From assembly GCF_003726035.1 (NCBI RefSeq), contig NZ_QICD01000007.1:68127-100126 (forward strand): a DNA stretch of 32,000 bases. Reading direction: 5' to 3'. Made by a program: the position numbers and the translations under genes. Each line of letters starts with the position of its first letter. Position 1 is the first letter of the stretch. Of this stretch, positions 18,288 through 24,897 are shown piece by piece. Source of the stretch: Paraeggerthella hongkongensis. GTDB lineage: Bacteria; Actinomycetota; Coriobacteriia; Coriobacteriales; Eggerthellaceae. Under the pieces are notes generated by a model. It worked only from the letters and a program-made list of their open reading frames with translations. It did not search any database and was not told the origin of the DNA.

Positions 18288-18524
18288 TTGCTCTCGTTCG
18301 GTGGCGTGCCGCCTGTTTCAGTGCGCCCCGGCAAGAAGGGCGTCCCTGTCGCGTCTGCACAGCGCCTCGCCGGCAACCCCGGCACCGACCCGCTCGCCGC
18401 GGTCAGCAACCTGCCCACATTCGTCTTCGGTATGTTCCGTGCCATCGACCCCATCATCCTCGGGTTCGGGGTGGTCCAAGTGGGCCTCTCTCTCAAAAGC
18501 CACGATCCCTCCTGCGTTGCTTGA
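18288..18524 (+). other. GC-rich orphan fragment with one coding-like frame (78-codon ORF, small hydrophobic C-terminal segment), a probable gene remnant
   Basis: GC jumps abruptly compared with the flanks. The + frame from 18288 has strongly GC-biased third positions (..GKKGVPVASAQRLAGNPGTDPLAAVSNLPTFVFGMFRAIDPIILGFGVVQVGLSL..). It has a TTG start only and no SD, and I did not recognise a family. Confidence 0.2.
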
Positions 18525-18708
18525 CCAATTTGGCGATTTTCAGGACATGGATCTATTTCTTAACCTTACAACGTTAATGAAAAGGTTGCTGTCTTTGTTG
18601 ACTAAAGGATCAAAGACGCCGAGCGATTCAAGCTCATCATCAAGTTCGAGATAGTCCGAAGCAAAAATGCCATCGCTATGCTTGATAATTTCGCAATTCT
18701 CAAAGTAT

Positions 18709-19257
18709 CTACTCGTTGGTTTCGCCCGGCTTTGCGCTCTGCAAATACTGCTGAAATAATTCTATGGTGAAGAAGTGCGCCATAGGGGTAAGCCTCTGAG
18801 GAGCGATGTTTCGCTCGATGATGTCGAAGAGCTGTTCTTCGGTTTTGACGTCAAGGTATTTTATAAAGAACAGAGCATCGTCGCGGTCCTTACCCACAAG
18901 TCGAGCTGACGTCAGCTTCATTGCTAGCATCGCTTCCGCATCGGGCATTCGAACGGTAAGGTTCCCGTATTCTCGAATCGTAACCAACTCCATTCGCGAC
19001 GTGTCGATGAAGCCTTTTGCGGCATCATTGAGCCAATCCATTTCAAGCCCTTCGCAGGCTGCTATGGTCCGGGCTATTTCGCTTATTGGCCCAGTCGGGG
19101 CGAAGAGGCCATCGACGCCTTTCGTCGACGGCCTCGCCTCGTAAACCATCGTCATAACGGCCCCTCCGCAAATGACAATCTCTTCTGCGATGTCGCGCTT
19201 CTCCATTTCATCGTTTATTTCCCGAAAGAAACGCTCAATGTCGTTTTTCGTAATCAT
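18709..19257 (-). CDS. DUF6036-like nucleotidyltransferase-fold protein (candidate toxin/effector of a two-gene module)
   Basis: The N-terminus (DIERFFREINDEMEKRDIAEEIVICGGAVMTMVYEARPSTKGVDGLF) matches, from memory, the helix-GG-strand-acidic pattern of minimal NTases of the DUF6036 / AbiEii-MNT type, followed by DWLNDAAKGF. It starts 11 nt after the upstream gene's stop. Confidence 0.6.
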   Translation of the reverse strand: MITKNDIERFFREINDEMEKRDIAEEIVICGGAVMTMVYEARPSTKGVDGLFAPTGPISEIARTIAACEGLEMDWLNDAAKGFIDTSRMELVTIREYGNLTVRMPDAEAMLAMKLTSARLVGKDRDDALFFIKYLDVKTEEQLFDIIERNIAPQRLTPMAHFFTIELFQQYLQSAKPGETNE

Positions 19258-19268
19258 AAGAAGTCTTT

Positions 19269-19784
19269 CTAGGCTCGTGATAACGCATTGTCACCAAGGA
19301 ATATGTTGTGGCAGCGGAATTCCATCGGCGTCGTTTCTTTAAGGAATGCCTGGAAATCGGGGTTTTCGGTATTCATGCCATAAATTGGAGTTGGTGACAC
19401 GTATTGCTCGTCGAGCGCCCATTTGGGAACAGGGCGGGAATTATCGTGAGCAAGTTTATGGGCAGTTGCCGCTAAGAGGCAAAGCCAGTAGGTAGCGTCC
19501 GATCCCTTCCAATCAGGTTCTTTGCTTATTAAGCCGGCTTTATCATCTGAATGGGAGAAGTCATCCAAGAACTGGCCGTAGAGAAGATCCGGGTCTTCTT
19601 CGATGGCTCGTTCAGCTAATTTATTCAGTGAAAGACGCTCTCTTCCATTCATCGAAAGAAATGTCTCCGTGGATTTCCGCACGACGTCTGAAAACGTCAT
19701 GCCATGGCGATGAGCGTATTGCTCAATCGCATGTTCTTCGATTTCAGAAAAACGTATCGCGCGCGGTTTTGTTTTCATATCCAT
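19269..19784 (-). CDS. Ribbon-helix-helix (CopG/MetJ-like) N-terminal domain protein with an uncharacterised ~120-aa C-terminal domain (candidate antitoxin/regulator)
   Basis: The N-terminus RAIRFSEIEEHAIEQYAHRHGMTFSDVVRKS fits a strand-helix-helix pattern. Alternative ATG starts are at 19784 and 19778 (MDMKTK), with GAAGGG upstream. The palindrome at 19797-19819 lies immediately upstream. Confidence 0.6.
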   Translation of the reverse strand: MDMKTKPRAIRFSEIEEHAIEQYAHRHGMTFSDVVRKSTETFLSMNGRERLSLNKLAERAIEEDPDLLYGQFLDDFSHSDDKAGLISKEPDWKGSDATYWLCLLAATAHKLAHDNSRPVPKWALDEQYVSPTPIYGMNTENPDFQAFLKETTPMEFRCHNIFLGDNALSRA

Positions 19785-19796
19785 ATCCCTTCAAGC

Positions 19797-19819
19797 ATGT
19801 AATACACAGCGTATTACAT
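19797..19819. promoter_or_regulatory. Palindrome ATGTAATAC-acagc-GTATTACAT, a candidate operator for the RHH protein
   Basis: A perfect 9-bp-arm inverted repeat lies 13 nt upstream of the RHH gene start codon. RHH repressors classically autoregulate through such sites. Confidence 0.5.
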
Positions 19820-19956
19820 CTGGTGCAAATCTGCTTGCTTTGTCTGTCGATCGCCCAGCATGAATCTTGTTTTAGGTGATATGGAGCGCACGAAACCAGT
19901 GATACGCAACGAATGAAACGGCTAGGCAGCATGGCGATACGGAAAGCGCGAAACAG

Positions 19957-20454
19957 GTGTTACGCGAAACGCGAAATAATCACTTGACGGCGGAGCAGCT
20001 TTCGATCTACGCCGGCGTGCCTCCGTATCGGTTCGACGGAGGATTGATCGCGCTATGGCATTTCACAACTGAAACGCCTTGCGAGATGCTCTCGAACGGG
20101 GCCATTGTCTATGCCTCGGGCGCTGAGGTTTCTCTGCGGGAGAACACGGTGCGCGATCCCGAGCCGCCGGCTCCTGCGTTTGCCATGCCCGATGCCGAAA
20201 CAGGCATGAGCAAGGCGGCAGAGTGGGAGAGCAGGACGGCGGCCGCAGTCCTGCTTGAATCGCTGAAGGCGCTGAGCGGGCAAGACGCGACATCCGGGTT
20301 CCGCGGGCAGAGCAACGACGATCTTAACGGTTCGGTCGCGCTGCTGATGGACGCAACGTTGGCGAAGTCGAGCGACGTGCGCCAGATCGAGCAATCGGGC
20401 GATCCTGCGAAGGAATCACTCGTATCGCTTTTCTCCTCCCTGTCGACAGTATGA
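19957..20454 (+). CDS. Hypothetical protein (GC-rich), ending at a TGA that is followed in-frame by a further 151 open codons
   Basis: ORF track entry of 165 aa with a GTG start. Third positions are strongly GC-biased, consistent with real coding in a high-GC genome. I did not recognise a family. Confidence 0.45.
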   Translation: MLRETRNNHLTAEQLSIYAGVPPYRFDGGLIALWHFTTETPCEMLSNGAIVYASGAEVSLRENTVRDPEPPAPAFAMPDAETGMSKAAEWESRTAAAVLLESLKALSGQDATSGFRGQSNDDLNGSVALLMDATLAKSSDVRQIEQSGDPAKESLVSLFSSLSTV

Positions 20455-20910
20455 GCTCTCGCACCCGTTTTCGAGGCGTTCTTCCTGCTTGGGCAGCGCT
20501 GGTGTTTCGCGTACCGTCTGCAACGGTTCGTACGTTACCTGCGCATTTCAGCGTTCTCGAAAAGCGGTCTGGCGTTTCTTTTTGTTTCTGCGGCTTGCGC
20601 TGCACTTGCGATATACCTTGCAGCGAAGCCGTCACCCGAGCCTGAGGATGACGAGGAAGACAAAGGCGAAACGGTCATCGCGTTCAAGTCGATCGGATTC
20701 TACACCGACACTTCGAAAAACGATGGGGCCGTGTGCGTACGCCCTGATTTCGACGCCTCCCCCATCTTGCCCGAATGGACGGTGGGATGCGATAGGTCGT
20801 TGTCGGCCTACTGGCGCGTTCCCGCCGAGCGGCATCCGCTTCTGCGGGTGACGATCGAGGTCAAGAAGCTGAAAGCCCCACCTCCATCACTCTCAAGGCC
20901 TCGGCGATAG
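20455..20910 (+). pseudogene. Start-less in-frame continuation encoding a TM helix plus ~95-aa extracytoplasmic-looking domain
   Basis: My own translation in the same frame as 19957 gives ..RYLRISAFSKSGLAFLFVSAACAALAIYLAAKPSPEPEDDEEDKGETVIAFKSIGFYTDTSKNDGAVCVRPDFDASPILPEWTVGCDRSLSAYWRVPAERHPLLRVTIEVKKLK.. with stop TAG at 20908-20910. The first ATG/GTG/TTG is the GTG near 20731, which explains why the frame is absent from the ORF track. Confidence 0.35.
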
Positions 20911-21329
20911 GTGAGGATAAGCTGCTTGGATCGCTTGCCGCCAAGAGCGTTTCGCTTTCCTGTTTAGGATCGGTCGTTGTAGACTTTCCGCTCGCAGAGC
21001 ATCGCATGGCGTCGAGCGCATTGGGGTCGCATGCTGTCCGTTTCCAATGGGTGCTCGGAGATCGGATCTGGGGTTCCACCAATCATGAGGTGCACCTGCT
21101 TGCCGCACGGCCCGCACCTCCCTGGTCGAGCGTGTCGGAAGCTGGCGATGTGCCGACGGCAGGAGCTCTTCGACTTGCCGCGGGCGTGGTGAGCGTCGCA
21201 AGCTCCGAGAGCGAAGCGAACCGTCGGTTCTGCTCGCAGATCGTCACGTGGATCCAGACATCTAAAAAGCTGGTTTGACGAGCCTGGATAGATGGGTCTG
21301 TTTTCTCGCGATGGAGCGGAAGCCACTGA

Positions 21330-21952
21330 TCCCTCACGTTCGATGCGAAGGCATTCCTCAAAGCTCTCGATTCGTCTCCCGTGCGTGCGGGTGCTCTTGA
21401 TTGCTCGTGCTTGGCGTTGGTTCTGGCTCGTGCGGAAGGCCTGACGGGCGCGCGTATTGCGGAGTTGTCGGGCGTGGCAGGCATGGGCTCGGTAGAGGTG
21501 CGATACGCCTGTCGTCTAGGTGCCGAGAGCGCGGAACCGGGTTTTTCGCAAATCGCTATCCTGTTATCTGTACAGATGACGGGGGCCGCACCCTTGTATA
21601 CGACCCGTACTTATGCCCTGTCGATCCGAGCGGAAAACATACGAGTGTGGCAGGGCTTCCGTTTTCCACGGGCTCCGAGTCGACGGACGTTGTGGTGAAG
21701 GCGGATGCCTCCACGTACCGGGAGCTGGTTTGCGAACCGGGTTCAACTTGCTGCATCGGGCTGAAGGTGGAGAACCTTGCCATCGGCAGTCTGCCTCTGC
21801 AAGGAATCGCTCCAGGAAATCCTATTGCGAAAAGGAACGACTACCGACCGCCGTTCGATGATTTCATTGTCAAGGCGCTGCAGGTGAATCCCTGCCCGGT
21901 GCGCTGCCATTCGGTGAGCCTCATTAATGGCATCAAAGTGGATCTACCCTAG
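21330..21952 (+). pseudogene. Frameshifted remnant: a sigma70-region-4/LuxR-like HTH segment (frame 3) joined to a Cys-rich C-terminal segment (frame 2) across a T5 run
   Basis: Frame 3 from 21330 reads ..AFLKALDSSPVRAGALDCSCLALVLARAEGLTGARIAELSGVAGMGSVEVRYACRLGAESAEPGF. Frame 2 from 21542 reads FFANRYPVICTDDGGRTLVYDPYLCPVD...INGIKVDLP*. Adding one T at 21542-21546 fuses the two. No convincing start codon is present and a stop lies at 21327-21329. Confidence 0.3.
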
Positions 21953-22070
21953 AAAAGAACCAAACTTGGAAGGGGCGTGATACCCGTGAGCACTAACACG
22001 CTGCTGCGCAAGAAGGTGGTGTCGTGTCTGCCATAAACCGGTTGCAAAACCTCTAAAACTGAACCCCGCG

Positions 22071-22090
22071 AAAAATCCCTGTAGTCAGGG
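22071..22090 (-). terminator. Weak candidate rho-independent terminator for the right operon (CCCTG-acta-CAGGG followed by ATTTTT on the minus strand)
   Basis: The stem is only 5 bp with a T5 tail, about 175 nt downstream of the last minus-strand ORF. Confidence 0.25.
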
Positions 22091-22266
22091 AGTAAAGAGA
22101 TCTTGTCTAAATTGGGCTTGATCAGGTGTTTTCGTTGCCAGTGATTGGTTCATTTAGGAAAGGTTGCGCTGATGGTGAGATGATTTTTAGTGTCTGTCAC
22201 CTACTTTATTGTTTAGAGCCTACAATCCGCGTTGTAATTTAGAATCGCCGAACCGAATCGAACCGA

Positions 22267-22623
22267 TTATTTGGAGGCACCCCCAAGGCGCAGTTCGGCG
22301 AAACGATCAATTGCCATTTCGGTTTTATATGCTTCAAACAACTCACGACAACCAAATTTAGGTATGTAGCCCAGCTCGTCCTTTGCGTTTTGCACATTCA
22401 TCAAGAACCCGCCGCCACTAGGAAGTTCAGGACGGTAGATAACTTCAGAACGACCAGATGCTGGAGCGAACACATCCGGCAACGCAATACAACTGATGCC
22501 GCGTAGCTCAATAAGATATGCTAGACAGCTTCTAGCGCTATCTAATGCGATCGCACCCTCATGGTATGGTCGTCCACCAAAATCCTCGAGCTCTAGGTAG
22601 CCTCCAATCTCATACTTAAACAC
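22267..22623 (-). CDS. Chimeric remnant ORF (likely pseudogene): an aminotransferase-like N-terminal ~50 aa fused to the C-terminal ~68 aa of an SDR epimerase paralogue
   Basis: The C-terminal part VFAPASGRSEVIYRPELPSGGGFLMNVQNAKDELGYIPKFGCRELFEAYKTEMAIDRFAELR aligns with the C-terminus of the adjacent SDR (VFNPEGRDSSIVYRPDKPSGPSYIMDISNCRELLGYKPEYDFITFLEDFKYEMSANRFAGLR). The N-terminal part MFKYEIGGYLELEDFGGRPYHEGAIALDSARSCLAYL resembles, from memory, the N-termini of one sugar aminotransferase subgroup. Confidence 0.6.
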   Translation of the reverse strand: MFKYEIGGYLELEDFGGRPYHEGAIALDSARSCLAYLIELRGISCIALPDVFAPASGRSEVIYRPELPSGGGFLMNVQNAKDELGYIPKFGCRELFEAYKTEMAIDRFAELRLGGASK

Positions 22624-22676
22624 TTTATGCCGCCCTCAAACCCGAGCGGCACAGCCAGGTATCTAGAGGACCGCAC

Positions 22677-23681
22677 TCAAGAAGCCCCCCTCAATCCTGC
22701 AAATCGATTGGCAGACATTTCATACTTGAAATCCTCCAAGAAGGTAATGAAGTCATATTCAGGTTTGTAACCGAGTAATTCACGACAATTAGAAATATCC
22801 ATAATGTAAGAAGGTCCACTTGGCTTATCAGGCCGATACACAATCGACGAATCTCGGCCTTCTGGATTAAATACCGCAGCAATACCGCGAATCCACTCCT
22901 CGGTCGTAGTACCAATCCCGGTACCCACATTAAAGCAACCGCCATCAACATCCTTTGCAAGAACAGCCTTACGCAGAAGTTGACAAAAGTCCTTCACGCT
23001 AACAACATCCTTGGCTCTGGTCGGATCGCCCCATATTTCCAATTCCTCTCCATCCATCGCTTTGTCCATAAGCAGCCGGTAGCCAAGTGTACGGCGTATG
23101 CCGTTAACATTGTAGGTCTTATCTGGCGTGTAGGCATAAACAGTAGGCAGCCGAAACACGAAGTCCTTGATTCCATACTCGGCAGCGTAATGCCTAATTA
23201 AATCCACAGCAAAACACTTTGATAAAGCGTAAACAGTATGATCACCTGCCATAATAATATTACGATTATCATAGGGGCGTATAATCGGAGAATCAGGCGT
23301 GACGGAACCGAGTACATCAGAAATCGTTTGTGCATATAGAATTCTATCCGCACCGACCTTACGGCAGTACTCAAGTACATTAAGTGCGCCTCGACTATTA
23401 ACATCAATATAAAGAGATGGTTTATAACCGTTCATATACGCAGGTAAAACACCTGCCAAAAGAATGACAGCAAAAACATCTTCTTGCGGAAGTGTCGAAA
23501 GAGTGGCTGCGTCAGCCATATCTACACATGCATAACCAATTCCATATTGCTGGAAAAAGTCAGTATCTCGACGCCCAGCCGCAAATACCTCATACTCATG
23601 CCCAGGAAGGTTCCTGACTAAATCCTCAGTGAGGTAAGCACCCGTGTTTCCCGTGGCTCCAATGATGACAACTTTCTTCAT
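22677..23681 (-). CDS. NAD-dependent epimerase/dehydratase family (extended SDR)
   Basis: It has GATGNTG (GxxGxxG) and YALSK (YxxxK). AAGGTGA lies upstream. Only 2 nt separate it from the upstream ATP-grasp gene. Confidence 0.85.
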   Translation of the reverse strand: MKKVVIIGATGNTGAYLTEDLVRNLPGHEYEVFAAGRRDTDFFQQYGIGYACVDMADAATLSTLPQEDVFAVILLAGVLPAYMNGYKPSLYIDVNSRGALNVLEYCRKVGADRILYAQTISDVLGSVTPDSPIIRPYDNRNIIMAGDHTVYALSKCFAVDLIRHYAAEYGIKDFVFRLPTVYAYTPDKTYNVNGIRRTLGYRLLMDKAMDGEELEIWGDPTRAKDVVSVKDFCQLLRKAVLAKDVDGGCFNVGTGIGTTTEEWIRGIAAVFNPEGRDSSIVYRPDKPSGPSYIMDISNCRELLGYKPEYDFITFLEDFKYEMSANRFAGLRGAS

Positions 23682-23683
23682 AT

Positions 23684-24895
23684 CTAGCTCACCTTAACTC
23701 TCATAAAATCACCTGGGGCATTACGGAAATTGTCGAGCTCTAATCGAGTGTCGAAGCGCAGCATTACTGAACCAAATGCGTGATTAGCAGCTGTAAAAGC
23801 CTCCACTTTCGCGCCTGGCTCCACCCATAATTGCTCTTCAACCACGCACGCATCGGCAAAGCCGGAAGCATACTCCAAACCAACAAAAATGCCGCCATGA
23901 TCACTATGTAACATTTGCTGAAACCAAAAGCCATCATATGCAGGCATTGATAACGTATCAATAGGTTCACCCAAGGCCGACTGCACAGAGCAACGAATTA
24001 GATCAACTTTGCCACCAGTAGCATGACGCAACATCTCGCACAAGCGATTTCCGCCTCCACGCGGCGAGCTTTCCATAATATATGCTTTGTCGTTAGTAGC
24101 AACACGGGTCTCAATGTTAAAGACGCCGTCACGCAAGCCCAACAGATTGGCCAAACGTTGTAACTCTCCTACCAGTTCATCTTGAGCCCATGTAGGCATC
24201 GTGGCTGGCATAGTATATGCAGCAGGCGTATAGGGATTTGGTACCTTAGGGTCAAACAGTTGCGAGGTAAAACTCACGCATTTAAACTCACCATCAACGA
24301 TAAAGCCATCAGCGTCAGAAGAGTCGCCCTGCTTTTCTAGAAACTGTTCCACAATACAACGGCCATCACGTGAGAACTTAAGCGCGTATTCCACCGCAGT
24401 TCGCAACTCGCAAGGATTAGTTGCACAAGAGCAACCTTTTGATCCCGCGGAATCCACAGGCTTAGCCATCACGGGATAGGCAATAGAATCAGCTTCCGCC
24501 ATTGCCTCGTCGACAGTACGAAAAAAATGTAACTCTGGGCAGTTGAAGCCATTATCACGTAAAAAAGTGCGGTAGCGCTCTTTATCTTGCAGAATCGACA
24601 CCGCCCTGTAGCTCCCCTGGAATGGCAACTCCAACTTCTCTGCAGCATAAGACGCTGCAACCACACCCGGATCGGCAGCAAACGACATAATACCATCTGC
24701 ACCACATTGACGTGCGGCCGCAAGTACCGCCTCACCATCAACAATACTTGCGTTTATGTAAGCATCCGAATAATTATGTGCGTAATTGTGCGGTAAAAAA
24801 TCACAAGTCACTACTCGGGCGCCTAATTCATGGGCTGCGTCAATAACGGGTAACGCGTAACGCGCACCACCCAGCAAGAGAAGAGTTTTTGACAT
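23684..24895 (-). CDS. ATP-grasp domain protein (second copy, divergent from 6237..7463)
   Basis: From ORF 23684..25048, with the start set at ATG 24895 (MSKTLLLLGGARY..), 2 nt after the aminotransferase stop and preceded by GGAAAGGTGGG. It has the ATP-grasp core YPVMAKPVDSAGSKGC...IVEQFLE. Confidence 0.8.
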   Translation of the reverse strand: MSKTLLLLGGARYALPVIDAAHELGARVVTCDFLPHNYAHNYSDAYINASIVDGEAVLAAARQCGADGIMSFAADPGVVAASYAAEKLELPFQGSYRAVSILQDKERYRTFLRDNGFNCPELHFFRTVDEAMAEADSIAYPVMAKPVDSAGSKGCSCATNPCELRTAVEYALKFSRDGRCIVEQFLEKQGDSSDADGFIVDGEFKCVSFTSQLFDPKVPNPYTPAAYTMPATMPTWAQDELVGELQRLANLLGLRDGVFNIETRVATNDKAYIMESSPRGGGNRLCEMLRHATGGKVDLIRCSVQSALGEPIDTLSMPAYDGFWFQQMLHSDHGGIFVGLEYASGFADACVVEEQLWVEPGAKVEAFTAANHAFGSVMLRFDTRLELDNFRNAPGDFMRVKVS

Positions 24896-24897
24896 TT

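Noticed and set aside
18543-18761. A start-less 73-codon open frame on the minus strand overlaps the 3' end of the NTase gene. It has a protein-like tail (..YFENCEIIKHSDGIFASDYLELDDELESLGVFDPLVNKDSNLFINV..).
   Set aside because: It has no ATG/GTG/TTG until 2 codons before its stop, and I did not recognise a family. It may be the 3' remnant of a lost third gene, but I cannot support it as a feature.
20452-20520. The in-frame TGA at 20452 as a selenocysteine codon.
   Set aside because: I could find only a weak 4-bp stem (CTCG..CGAG) downstream and no convincing SECIS-like hairpin. There is no redox-motif context around the site. A nonsense mutation is more parsimonious. The possibility is kept as an alternative in the corresponding finding.
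20053-21484. Many overlapping 60-130-aa ORFs on both strands of the GC-rich junction, e.g. 20053..20394 (-), 20489..20851 (+), 20964..21326 (-), 21006..21278 (+) and 21083..21484 (-). One has a Cys/His-rich stretch (CRRH..CGPCGKQVH) that briefly suggested an HNH nuclease.
   Set aside because: No frame in 20911-21330 stands out convincingly. The Cys/His spacing does not match the HNH motif order. I cannot support any call here without a database search.
22060-22100. TGAACCCCGCGAAAAATCCCTGTAGTCAGGG resembles the TG-initiated terminal inverted repeat of IS3-family elements, so it could be an IS end remnant.
   Set aside because: The window has no transposase ORF, no matching opposite inverted repeat and no target duplication. 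The resemblance rests on memory of a loose consensus only.
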